The notes: a model not told the origin generated them from the letters alone. DNA of 63,947 bases, filler included, from Octopus bimaculoides (GCF_001194135.2; 6 parts of 6 records of this genome joined end to end with filler, not necessarily neighbours in it), one strand, 5' to 3'. Positions 12,181 to 23,536 are shown, numbered from the whole stretch's first letter. Program-made: numbers and translations.

Positions 12181-13072
12181 CATCATCATCATCATCATCA
12201 TCATCGTTTAACGTCCGCTTTCCATGCTAGCATGGGTTGGACGATTTGACTGAGGACTGGTGAAACCGGATGGCAACACCAGGCTCCAGTCTGATTTGGC
12301 AGAGTTTCTACAGCTGGATGCCCTTCCTAACGCCAACCACTCAGAGAGTGTAGTGGGTGCTTTTACGTGTCACCCGCACGAAAACGGCCACGCTCGAAAT
12401 GGTGTCNNNNNNNNNNNNNNNNNNNNNNNNNNNNNNNNNNNNNNNNNNNNNNNNNNNNNNNNNNNNNNNNNNNNNNNNNNNNNNNNNNNNNNNNNNNNNN
12501 NNNNNNNNNNNNNNNNNNNNNNNNNNNNNNNNNNNNNNNNNNNNNNNNNNNNNNNNNNNNNNNNNNNNNNNNNNNNNNNNNNNNNNNNNNNNNNNNNNNN
12601 NNNNNNNNNNNNNNNNNNNNNNNNNNNNNNNNNNNNNNNNNNNNNNNNNNNNNNNNNNNNNNNNNNNNNNNNNNNNNNNNNNNNNNNNNNNNNNNNNNNN
12701 NNNNNNNNNNNNNNNNNNNNNNNNNNNNNNNNNNNNNNNNNNTGATGCTTCTAATGTTCAGCTTTTCTCTCAAGATACTTACACTCTGACGGGTATTCAC
12801 ATTGACATTACACATCCAACGGAGCATACTGGCTTCATTCCTTGCGAGCTTACGTATGTCCTCAGCAGTTACAGCCCATGTTTCACTGCCATGTAGCATG
12901 GTTGTTCGTACGCATGCGTCATACAGTCTGCCTTTTACTCTGAGTGAGAGTCCCTTTATCGCCAGCAGGGGTAAGAGCTCTCTAAACTTTGCCCAGGCTA
13001 TTCTTATTCTAGCAGCTACACTTTCAGCGCACCCACCCCCACTACTAACTTGGTCGCCCAGATAGCGGAAGC
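12181..13072 (-). mobile_element. 5'-truncated RTE-clade LINE (end of RT, C-terminus, 3'UTR, (GAT)n tail) inserted in the Tc1
   Basis: Minus strand FRYLGDQVSSGGGCAESVAARIRIAWAKFRELLPLLAIKGLSLRVKGRLYDACVRTTMLHGSETW, open in the visible part; tail (CAT)n at 12181-12205. Confidence 0.92.
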
Positions 13073-13074
13073 TA

Positions 13075-13907
13075 ATGAGAGAGATATCGGACTTTCAAAG
13101 AGGTCAGATTGTTGGTGCTTGTATGGCAGGCACTAGTGTAACGAAAACAGCCGAAATGTTTGCTGTATCAAGAAGTACTGTCTCAAAAGTAATGACCGCC
13201 TTTGAGAAAAAGGGAAAAACCTCCTTGTCGAAAGAAAACTCTGGAAGAAAACCAAAACTTTCAGACAGGGACTGTCAGACTCTTATGTGAATTATTAGAA
13301 AGGATCACAAAAGTACAACTCTCCAAATTACCGCAGAGCTTAATCACCACCTCAAGAACCCAGTTTCCACAAAAACTGTTCGCTTGGAGCTGCACAAAGC
13401 CAGATTTCATGGGAGGGCTGCAATCAGAAAACCGCTACTTTCAAAAACAAATGTTGCAAAGCATTTGGAGTGGAGTAAAAATCTACAGAATTGGTCCCTA
13501 GAGCAGTGAAAAAATGTTGTTTTCTCGGAAGAATGTTATTTTCTCGAAATGTTATTTCCGACAACTGGCCGAGTATGCATGTGGAGAGAGCCAAAAGAAG
13601 CATTTGACGCAGACTGCCTTCTTCCAACTGTTAAACATGGAGGAGGATCTGTGATGAACTGGGGTGGGGGCTATATCTTGGAAATCCGCCGGCCCAATGA
13701 TTTCCCTTCATGGCAGAATTAATAGTCAAGACTATTTTTAGCATTTTATCTGATCAAATTCATCCTATAGATGGGAAACGCAATCCTTCAGGATGATAAT
13801 GCACCAATTAACACTGCTAAAGTTGTTACTGAATGGCACAAGGAACATTCTAGTGAAGTTGAACATTTTATCTGGCCACCACAATCCCCAGATCTCAATA
13901 TTATTAA
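13075..13907 (+). pseudogene. Tc1 transposase pseudogene
   Basis: MREISDFQRGQIVG...GRKPKLSDRD...QDDNAPINT...WPPQSPDLNIIK, with stops and frameshifts. Confidence 0.9.
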
Positions 13908-13910
13908 ACC

Positions 13911-14324
13911 ACATCTGAGTGTGATCGTTGCCAGGGCCATGGATTGGCTCTCATGCCGGTGGCATGTAAAAAGTACCATTCAAGCGTGACCATTCCCAGC
14001 GTCGCCTTACCGGCACATGTGCCGGTGGCACGTGAAAAAACAACATTTGACCATGGTCATTGCCAGTACCGCCAGACTGGTTCCCATGCAGGTAGCACAT
14101 AAAAAACACCTTTTGAGCGTGGCCATTGCCAGTACCACTTGACTGGCTCTCATGCTGGTGGCATGTAAAAGCACCCACTACACTCTCGGAGTGGCTAGCA
14201 TTAGGAAGGGCATCCAGCTGTAGAAACTTTGCCAGATCAGATTGGAGCCTGGTGCAGCCCACTGGCTTGCCAGCCTTCAGTCAAACTGTCCAACCCATGC
14301 CAGCATGGAAAGCAGACGTAAAAC

Positions 14325-14378
<54 letters not shown>
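13911..14378 (+). mobile_element. RTE-tail non-autonomous element with internal tandem subrepeats, inserted in the Tc1
   Basis: Repeated GCCGGTGGCA(C/T)GTAAAAA and CCATTGCCAGTACC units, then the RTE tail and (GAT)n. Confidence 0.8.
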
Positions 14379-15697
14379 NNNNNNNNNNNNNNNNNNNNNN
14401 NNNNNNNNNNNNNNNNNNNNNNNNNNNNNNNNNNNNNNNNNNNNNNNNNNNNNNNNNNNNNNNNNNNNNNNNNNNNNNNNNNNNNNNNNNNNNNNNNNNN
14501 NNNNNNNNNNNNNNNNNNNNNNNNNNNNNNNNNNNNNNNNNNNNNNNNNNNNNNNNNNNNNNNNNNNNNNNNNNNNNNNNNNNNNNNNNNNNNNNNNNNN
14601 NNNNNNNNNNNNNNNNNNNNNNNNNNNNNNNNNNNNNNNNNNNNNNNNNNNNNNNNNNNNNNNNNNNNNNNNNNNNNNNNNNNNNNNNNNNNNNNNNCCA
14701 TATTAAAATAAATTTGTTTGAAATTTTAAGCTGTTTCCATTATTTTGTCCAACCCCTATATATATATGTTTTTATATCATTAATAAATTTATAAAATTAT
14801 TAATAATATTCACAGGAAATCAATATCCAAATTTCCGAAAGATATATGTTTAATGTGACACTGTAGTATTTTGAATTATAATTAAATTAAAGTTTGAGAT
14901 GTACAAAATATAAATATATATAAAAAATATAAATGTACATAAAAATACATGCGTATATAAATGTATATAAAAATGTATGCGTAATTGAGTATAAATATTA
15001 TGAAAGTTTAAAAATTAAAAAGCATCTGACGATCGTTTCACGGACATTATATATATATATATAGAATTCTTCTACATATGTTTTGACGGATGCACTCCAA
15101 AATGTCCAACAGGAAAAATTATTGTTAGGAATGCATGTCTCATCAAGAAGGATATAAATAACAAACTCATCAAGCAGACATGTTAAAAGAAATAGAAAGT
15201 CCTATGGAATGTAACATATTTATATTCATATGCACACACGCATACACACACACTCAAATATGTGGCATGTAAATATAAGCATTATATACCTACAAAAAAA
15301 AAACCCCACAAACGTTTACAAACACATATACATAGACATACATTTGTGAGCATCACTGTCATGGAAAAATCTTGGTTGGAAACAGATGAGTAGTTGGCAA
15401 AGGTGGGGTATCAACAAATCTCATCCAACCCATGCAAGCATGGAAAAGGGTGATACAGAGGATGATGGAGCATCACCTTAAAGGTTTTTAGTCAAACAAA
15501 GATTTTTAGTCAAAAAAAATCAACCCCAGTACTTATGTATTTAAGTCTGGTGCTTATTTTATTAGTTTCTTTTATTGAACCACTAAGTTACTGAGATGTC
15601 GACACACCAACACTGGATGTCAAGTGGTGGTGGGAGATAAACACATACACACACACATGTATATATACTCATACATACATACATATATATCTATATA

Positions 15698-15940
15698 TCA
15701 TCATCATCGTTTAACGTCTGCTTTCCATGCTAGCATGGGTTGGACGATTTGACTGAGGACTGGCAAGCCAGAAGGCTGCACAAGGCTCCCATCTGATCTG
15801 GCAGAGTTTCTACAGCTGGATGCCCTTCCTAACACCAACCACTCCAAGAGTGTACTGGGTGCTTTTACGTGCCACCGACATGAGGACCAGTCACACGGTA
15901 CTGGCAACAGCCATGCTCAAAAAGGTGTTTTTTTACGTGC
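15698..15940 (-). mobile_element. RTE-tail repeat
   Basis: (CAT)n GTTTAACGTCTGCTTTCCATGCTAGCATGGGTTGG; colinear with 12200-12400. Confidence 0.85.
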
Positions 15941-16177
15941 CATTAAAACAAAAGGTTAAATTCTGGTCATAGAGATACCAAAGGTCTCATATACATGAAA
16001 GCCACAGCCTTGTGGATTGCTCGTCAGACTCCATACAAAATTTAAACTTTATTCCATGCAGACGTGAGGAAACGCTCAGATATCAAGGTTTAACAGCTAG
16101 CATATAAAAATGTTAATGAGGACAGGTTATCTCCCCTCGAACAGAGGATTAAAAAACCATTATGGACCCAAAATAGC

Positions 16178-16852
16178 CTAACCAGCAAACGAGGAGATCC
16201 ACTTTTCCAGTAGGTAATGCTTAAAATGGACACATTTAGAGAAAACTTCTTTGTGACTATTTAATGCACCAGGTTTAGCATAGTCCTTAAGAATTTTGCT
16301 TCTCTCCATGATGCAGATTTTGCATTGATATTTGGGCCTAGATGTTCTATTATTTTTCCACCTGATGTCACATGGGGTCCCTTGATTACACTTGGCGGTC
16401 AAGGAACATGACAAATCGTCTTTCTGGGACGCTGAAGGATGACTGGTGGTTGTAGAAGTGTTGTTTGAAAGATGTACTGGCCGACCTGATATATTTACAA
16501 ACTTAGGATGTGGCTTTGTTTGTACTCCTGGTATATCTCTGGTCGGTCAAGGCCTGGGGATGCTGTTGTTAACACCATTGCTGACGTTGTCCATATGGTG
16601 CAATTATCCAGCAGTGTTATTGCTGTGACTATCATTTCTGGTCATATGGTTGGCGATATAGCGGCTGGCATTAGTGTGGGTGCAGACAGTTGTAACATAT
16701 GGTTGAGGGCCAGTCATTCCATTGGTGTTGATGATAATTGTTTAATCATCATCTGTGGTGGTGGTGCCAGGGATGCTGAATACCTCCTCTGTGTCACTGG
16801 TCCTGGATTGGTCATCATCTCTGGATCTGGCAATTGTATTGGTGGTATTTTT
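16178..16852 (-). pseudogene. Decayed reading frame of unknown origin: low-complexity S/T/N/D N-terminal part, Cys/His-containing C-terminal part
   Basis: One minus-strand frame of 225 codons with only three internal stops; ends KYQCKICIMERSKILKDYAKPGALNSHKEVFSKCVHFKHYLLEKWISSFAG*. Confidence 0.45.
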
Positions 16853-16958
16853 TTAAAAAGTTGTAAAATCTTTTATCAGGATGTTACTAAACTTTTTGGA
16901 ATGAGTGTTTTTTCCTAGAGTGTATGAGCACTTTTGATTAATCTCTTCAAACACATGT

Positions 16959-17013
<55 letters not shown>

Positions 17014-17039
17014 NNNNNNNNNNAGAGAATGAGAGATAC

Positions 17040-17205
17040 TCACACACATGATGGGCTTCTTTCAGTTTCTGTTTACCAAATCCACACACAAGGCTTTGGT
17101 CAACCCAAGGCCACAGCAGACATTACTTGCCCAAGATGCCATACTGTGGAAGTGAACCCAGAAACAAGTGGCTGGAATGCAAACTTCTCACCACGCAGTC
17201 ACACA
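17040..17205 (-). mobile_element. SINE family B, head fragment
   Basis: CTTTCAGTTTCTGTTTACCAAATCCACACACAAGGCTTTGGTC...TTGCCCAAG; colinear with 62190-62345. Confidence 0.75.
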
Positions 17206-17599
17206 TCTTATTGTCATTATCTCACACACACACACACACACACATACACACACACCTACGCATATGTTTGTGTGTCTAAATGTGAGTGCTTGTGCACACA
17301 TACACAGATAAACACATACATATAGTTAGAGAGAAGCTATTTTGTTTATCTATAAAAATAAATGTAAGTAGATCCTAGAGCCAAATGTGACTCATAATAG
17401 TCGTATGCGTGAGTGTGTGTATGGTTGTCAATGTGAGTATGTGCTCGTACACTTTGTCCTAGTTTTGTGAATTTATAAGTAGAAGGGGAGATAAACTACT
17501 TCGTCTCAAGTAACATCATCGTCGTCGTCATCATCATCATCATCATTGACAAAAACACAATAGACCACTTTATTCACAGACATTTCAAAAGTAAATAGA

Positions 17600-18038
17600 C
17601 GCCATCATTTTCAAAAGATTCACTTCTGTTTGGTTTTCTGTTTTGGATATTTGTTGGTCAAAGAAGAGGTTTCCTTCTGGTCTCTCTGCTGCCATAGTAA
17701 CCAAATTGATGGAGACAACCTCACAGAAGTCTCCCAACTCATTTTTGTTACCCTGCAACATCAGCTGTCTTACAACAGAGATTCATTTTCAGCTCCTAAG
17801 TCAAGAGATTCATTTGACAGCCCCAAAGTCACCTGTCAGAGGGTCCAGATCAGTCTGACCAGGATGTTGTTGACACTTTTCCTTTGCTATTAAATTGTCC
17901 ATACACTCTGGAGACTGTGGTGAAAGGAATCCTAAGGTTTCATATTATCTCACACTGGTTAAGTCCATCTTCAGATTCACTCACAATACTCCCTCTTTGG
18001 AAGACAAACAACTCTTTTGCTTTTGGTGTTTGCAACAT
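17600..18038 (-). pseudogene. Degraded Tc1-like transposase N-terminus
   Basis: MLQTPKAKELFVFQRGSIV...LRIPFTTVSRVYGQFNSKGKV...SDR matches the Tc1 helix-turn-helix start; in-frame stops. Confidence 0.65.
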
Positions 18039-18117
18039 GGCTAGCTGCTATAAACAATTAACATATCCTCATCACCATTATCATCATCGTCATCAGTTTC
18101 TGTTTACCAAATCCACA

Positions 18118-18450
18118 CACGTAAAAGCACCCACTACTCTCTCTGAGTGGTTGGCATTAGGAAGGGCATCCAGCTGTAGAAACTCTGCCAAATCAGATTG
18201 GAGCCTGGTGTTGCCATCTGGTTTCACCAGTCCTCAGTCAAATCGCCCAACCCATGCTAGCATGGAAAGTGGACGTTAAACGATGATGATGATGATCATC
18301 ATTCAGCATCCATTTTCCATACTGGCTTGGGTTAGATGGTTAGACTGGAACTGGTAAGACTAAGACCTATACCAGGTTCTAATCTGGCTTGGTTTCTACA
18401 GCTGGATGCCCTTCTTAACACCAGCCATTCCACAGAATGTACCAGATGCC
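18118..18450. mobile_element. Two RTE-tail repeats in tail-to-tail (inverted) orientation
   Basis: Plus copy 18118-18293 ends in (GAT)n; an older minus copy starts at CATCATT 18298. Confidence 0.75.
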
Positions 18451-19287
18451 TTTAATATGTCACTGACATGGATGCCTTCAATATGTCTCCCAACACAAGT
18501 GCCTTTAACATGTCAGTGGCACAAGCGCCCTTAATGTGTCACTGGCACAAGTGCCTTTAGTATGGCACCAGCACTGGTCACAATTACTATTGTGCTAAGT
18601 TTGACGTAGATCACCAACAGTTTCAGTCACTTGTCATCGCGTAATCTGAAATGTAAAATAATAACACGTTAACAAATGTCAAGCACCACCAGGTAGCGCC
18701 TACACTGATAAAATTATAAAATGAGGTAGGGTTTACTTATTTTTAAGATGTCTGTCTGTATTCTGAACAATGAGAATATAGCTGATGAAAATATACCTCA
18801 GAGAATATACCAAAATAATAAATATGAATTTCAGTCCATTGATTTCAATAGAGTAATTTCTCTTGTCAGTTTTTTTTTTTAATTTTGAATGCCCCCAGAG
18901 AGTGAGAGAAAGTTTTTGTCAATTAATTGCCTGAATGAGCTCAATGAATTTAATTTTTTTTCTTAATTCACTGTATTACAAATCTGAATCCATGATATAT
19001 TCGTATTTTTTAAAAATAAATCATTATCTTTTACACTCAATTTACTTGAATTTTATCATAATTTCCAGTAAGTGTGTGCATGTGTATATGCTCGTACTTA
19101 TTGGTGTGTATGTGTGTGCTCATGTGTCTAAAAAATTATAATGGAGTTAGAATAATGATATTGATCTTTTGATATAGGGACCCGGTCCCAAATTTAGATG
19201 TGGTGTATAACCAATAACAATAGGTCCATGTGCTTGAATATAATATTATGTAATAATAATAATGATAATAATAATAATAATAATAAC

Positions 19288-19347
<60 letters not shown>

Positions 19348-19349
<2 letters not shown>

Positions 19350-19795
19350 CCTTAATTTCTCTATCACACACAGATAGAGAAATTAAGGCCAATAGACCAG
19401 ATATAGTTGTCAAAGATCATAAAGGAAAAAATGCTTTCTAATCAATGTATCAATACCAACAGATGACAACGTTTCTCTAAAAGAAATGGAGAAACTTTCA
19501 AAATACAAAGACCTGGAAATAGAGGTAACTCGAATGTGGAATCTAAAACAGTTTATCATAGTAGGTGCCTTAGGTATAATAAAAAAATATTCAGACAAAT
19601 ACATAACAAAAACCCCAGGACTTACAAATATATATAACATACAGAAAATTGCACTACTGGGCACTGCACGCATCCTACGCAAAACACTTTCAATACAGTA
19701 ACCATAAGAGCACCACAGCAAACCACAGCACATACCCAAGGCACACAGAGCTGCGCTTGGTAGTGAAAGCACGTTATAAAAATAAAACTACTGAA
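19348..19795 (+). mobile_element. 5'-truncated R4/Dong-like non-LTR retrotransposon (restriction-like endonuclease domain plus 3'UTR) embedded in (TAA)n
   Basis: TDREIKANRPDIVVKD...EKLSKYKDLEIEVTRMWNL...VGALG...IQKIALLGTARILRKTLSIQ*; (TAA)n on both sides. Confidence 0.85.
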
Positions 19796-20149
19796 CAATA
19801 ATAATAATAATAATAATAATAAAACTACTGAACAATAATAATAACAACAACAACAGACAATAAGGAGAGTGCAATGTGATTTTTTGACAGGTTGTCTTTC
19901 TTCTTTAGGTTCAAAATGTAAAATGAAAACACTTCAGAAACAAGGAAATCCTGTGTTCCTATTTTGAAAGAATGACATCACCAGTTTTCAATTTTGTAAC
20001 TGGTTAAAAGACAAAAAAAAAAAGAAAGAGTAAAAGGAAAAGAAAAAGATAAGAAAAAAGAAAAAAGGAAAAAAATTATTTAGCCAAACAATTTTGTGTA
20101 AATGTGATGAAATTCTTCTGTCATTTTATTCATTCCTCCAGGGCAAGAT

Positions 20150-20660
20150 GTTAGTAATTTACAAATATATTTGTCCTCGTGCATTTTGAGGACTGAAAGT
20201 GTAGAAGATTCAAAATATTTTCTGAGAATGTATACTTTCAGGAGTTCCTCAAAATTGCAGCCATTTGATGTAAAATGTTCAGCAAGTTGTCAAACTACTG
20301 TTATTGTGCTTGTTATCTGTGCCCTTTGAATCTTTTGTTTAATCGTTTTGTTGTAAAACCAACATAAATCATGTTGTGTTTGATGCATTCTGTTGTGTAC
20401 ACCAAAGAGGGAATCTTTACATGCCTGACCTTCCATACAAATTATGACATTTCTGTTATGATTCACAATGGAATTGACTTGACTCATGTTGTTGCACAAT
20501 AAACAGGGCTTACCTCTCTAAAACTATTGCTTTAAGTCCAATATAAAATTACATCTAGTTTTTTGAAAACTACCATTGATTATTGAAAGCTTGTGGGTAC
20601 CCAAGATTACAAGTGGCAACCTGCTACCCATGTAAATTTTACCAGGAATAAGAACAAACC
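20150..20660 (-). pseudogene. Penelope-like element relic, GIY-YIG endonuclease region
   Basis: RGKPCLLCNNM... then, after a frameshift, LVYTTECIKHNMIYVGFTTKRLNKRFKGHR. Confidence 0.7.
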
Positions 20661-20671
20661 TGAGTCATATC

Positions 20672-20705
<34 letters not shown>

Positions 20706-20731
20706 CTATTAATAATAATAATAATAATTAA

Positions 20732-21003
20732 TTCGTTTTATTGGCCACAAGGGCTAATATCAATTAAAAACATACAAGGACAAAGACAGGATGAAGGTTA
20801 CAAAAGGTTTTGTCCGAAAAGGTAGGAAAGTTCGTCTAAACAGAGGAAGAAAACAGAAAGATATAATAAATAAATATATAAATAAATAGATAAATAAATA
20901 AGTAGAACTCCCAAAGGGGGAGGCGCTTCGAAAAAGGAAAGGTTACACGTGGAAAAACCCATAAAACCACGGGAGCCTGGTCAGAAAAAATAAGAAAGGG
21001 GTA
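20732..21003 (-). mobile_element. 3' end of a LINE-like element with a (TTA)n tail
   Basis: Minus strand ends ...GCCCTTGTGGCCAATAAAACGAA(TTA)n; the tail resembles the SINE family A tail. No coding part visible. Confidence 0.5.
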
Positions 21004-21103
21004 NNNNNNNNNNNNNNNNNNNNNNNNNNNNNNNNNNNNNNNNNNNNTTAATTAATTAANNNNNNNNNNNNNNNNNNNNNNNNNNNNNNNNNNNNNNNNN
21101 NNN
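21004..21103. other. Artificial scaffold-joining spacer
   Basis: 44 N + TTAATTAATTAA (stops in all six frames) + 44 N. Confidence 0.97.
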
Positions 21104-21162
<59 letters not shown>

Positions 21163-21209
21163 TAATAATAACAACAACAACAACAATAGTGATAATGACG
21201 ATGATGATT

Positions 21210-21570
21210 ATGATATTCGAACAGACCAGGTGTTTGAGCACAACAAAACACAGGCCCGGTGGTGAACAATGCAAACTACATATGTTCTATATTTGATATT
21301 GCATAGCCATTTGAGTGACAGATAGTTATGAAGGAAGGCAAGAAAGTTGACGTATACTATCCTCTTAAATATGAGATAGCTTGACTGTAGAAGAAGTTGA
21401 AGATAAGAACAGATTGTCGTTGAGACTTTGGGAACAGTATCAAAAGATATCGAGAGGAACATAGAGGAAATGGGACTCGAGTACCTGGTAGAGCTGTTGC
21501 AAAATGCTTGTCTCTTTGGCCCAGTTAGAAATATCTGGAATGTACAAGATAACTGAAGACAACAAATAAC
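21210..21570 (+). pseudogene. Older degraded R4/Dong-like endonuclease fragment after (AAT)n
   Basis: IRTDQVFEHNK... and ELLQNACLFG are colinear with motifs of the 19348 copy. Confidence 0.55.
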
Positions 21571-21639
21571 ATCAGTATCGGCAGCAGGTTCCTCTATGAT
21601 CTTCTCCTCTTTAAATGGTGGATGAAGTGATTGAAATAA

Positions 21640-22028
21640 TATATTTCTAAATCTCTCAGAGAGATTTCTGCAGTAGCAGCACGATAAAGTGATAACTTGT
21701 CAACTTAATGTGACAGTCCCACAAAAGGGAAGAATGCCACTGTAATTTAGCCCAAGGAAACACCGTTTCCCACTGGACTTGACACATTTCCTGTGTCCTT
21801 ATGTTTTCAAAGTGGAGGCAGCTAGCAAGCCATGCTACTCTAGATTGATGATGAGCAATGACTCTAAAACTAGTCTCTGGATGCTGGTTTTGCTGGGTGG
21901 AGGTGCTTGTCTCCACTTTGAAAACATAAGGACATAGGAAATGTGTCAAGTCCAGCGGGAAACGGTGTTTCTTAGGGCTGAATAACAGTGGCATTCTTCC
22001 CTTTTGTGGTACTGTCGCATTAAGTTGA
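21640..22028. mobile_element. Fold-back/MITE-like element with 118-bp inverted arms
   Basis: 21700-21817 versus the reverse complement of 21911-22028: 110/118 identical, no gaps. The left terminal part recurs in reverse at about 11117-11215. Confidence 0.85.
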
Positions 22029-22214
22029 TAACATGCTGTCACTTGATGAAGTGATTGTTTTAATGTTTCACAAAAATCATTGTATTAGTATTAAAAAAGT
22101 GGCACGTTTGACCCGATAGAGATGCATTCTGCTACATCCTGATTTCAAATACAGCTGAAATATACCTTGTTTTTCATATTGTAACTGTTGAGGAAATATA
22201 CCGTGTTTTCCAAT

Positions 22215-22975
22215 TGTAACTGTTGAGGAAATAGCAGAGAAGCTTGGATTTGGTCATTCAACCATTCATCGAGACCTGCATGCCATCGAAAAAGTTAGCA
22301 AATTTGGTCAATGAGTTACAAACTTTCCGAGTCTAATCGCGCACAGAGAGTGAATGTATGCTCTTCTTTGCTGTCACATCTCACAAATGAACCTTTTTTT
22401 TTAATTTTTGGACCGAATAATGACTGGTAACGAGAAATAGGTTCTCTATAAAAAAGTCAAGTGCCGAAGACAGTGGGTAGGAAAGGGAGAAACACCGGAA
22501 CCTCAGGCTTAAGAAGGTTTTCACCTACGTAAGTTGTTATTACCGGTTTGGTGGGATATGAAATGCTTAATCCACTTTGAACTTTTAAACCCAAATGCGA
22601 GTAGTTAGAGCGACTTAAGTAAGCGCTAGAAGAAAAACAACCATCTTTGGTTTCAAAACGAAAGATGTTGTATCAGGATAATGCTCGGCCACATACAGCG
22701 AGGATGACATTCCAAAGGCTGAAGTAGTTTGAATGGGAAACGATGCTCCACCCACTATATTCGCCGGACATTGCCCCATCTTATTATCATTTATTCGGCA
22801 GTCTTCAAAATCATTTGGACGGAAGAAATATGAATTCTGCAGACGAGGTCAGAACAGTACTGGAGGAGTATTTTTCGTGAAGGACAAGTGCATTTTGGAA
22901 GAGGGGCTTTGCAAGTCTACCAGATAGATGGAAGAGCATTGTAGAAAATGAAGGAGAGTATATTTTAGATAAATA
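22215..22975 (+). pseudogene. Mariner transposase pseudogene
   Basis: EEIAEKLGFGHSTIHR, IMTGNEK, QDNARPHTA, HPLYSPDIAPSYYHLF, RWKSIVENEGEYILD. Confidence 0.92.
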
Positions 22976-23360
22976 TGTGTGTGTACTTATATAGATGCGC
23001 AAACACACGCACACACACACACACATATATATATAAAACTAAGGTTCAGTTGAATTAGACACTTAACATGAGGTACCACGTTAGGTTGGAATAATATACA
23101 CACACAACAATATTATGTAAATATTAATCGTGGTACCAAAGTACTCGCAGAATGATATTTCTGTAATGCATGCACACAAGTTGACCTAGCTGAGTATATA
23201 CTCCACTCTTGAGCTATTCACACATGTACATTTTGTTAAATATACAGTCCATAATATACTTCAGAATACATGAGAGGCATGTTCCGAGATAGGTGAAAAA
23301 ATATAAGTAACAATTGAAGAATTCATGAATTGACACCTGGCCTTCAATTGTTACTTATTA

Positions 23361-23398
<38 letters not shown>

Positions 23399-23500
23399 GT
23401 CTGTCTGTCTGTCTGTGTATATAGTTGAAATTTATAGAAATACAAAAAACGAAGACAGGTGTATAAATAACAAGTTTGACGCCCGGGAAGGTGAGAAATT

Positions 23501-23536
23501 CTTTTACGTTTCGAGCCTACGCTCTTCAATAGAAAG
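23501..23536 (-). ncRNA. Minimal type I hammerhead ribozyme-like motif, core mutated
   Basis: Minus strand CTTT-CTATTGAA-GAGC gtag GCTC-GAAAC-GTA-AAAG; stems I and II pair perfectly. Confidence 0.6.

Larger units (their letters stand above)
12040..14758 (+). mobile_element. Tc1-family DNA transposon, both TIRs present, disrupted by two retroelement insertions
   Basis: GGGGTTGGACAAAATAATGGAA at 12042 and its reverse complement at 14735-14756; TA on both outer sides; transposase relic inside. Confidence 0.85.
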
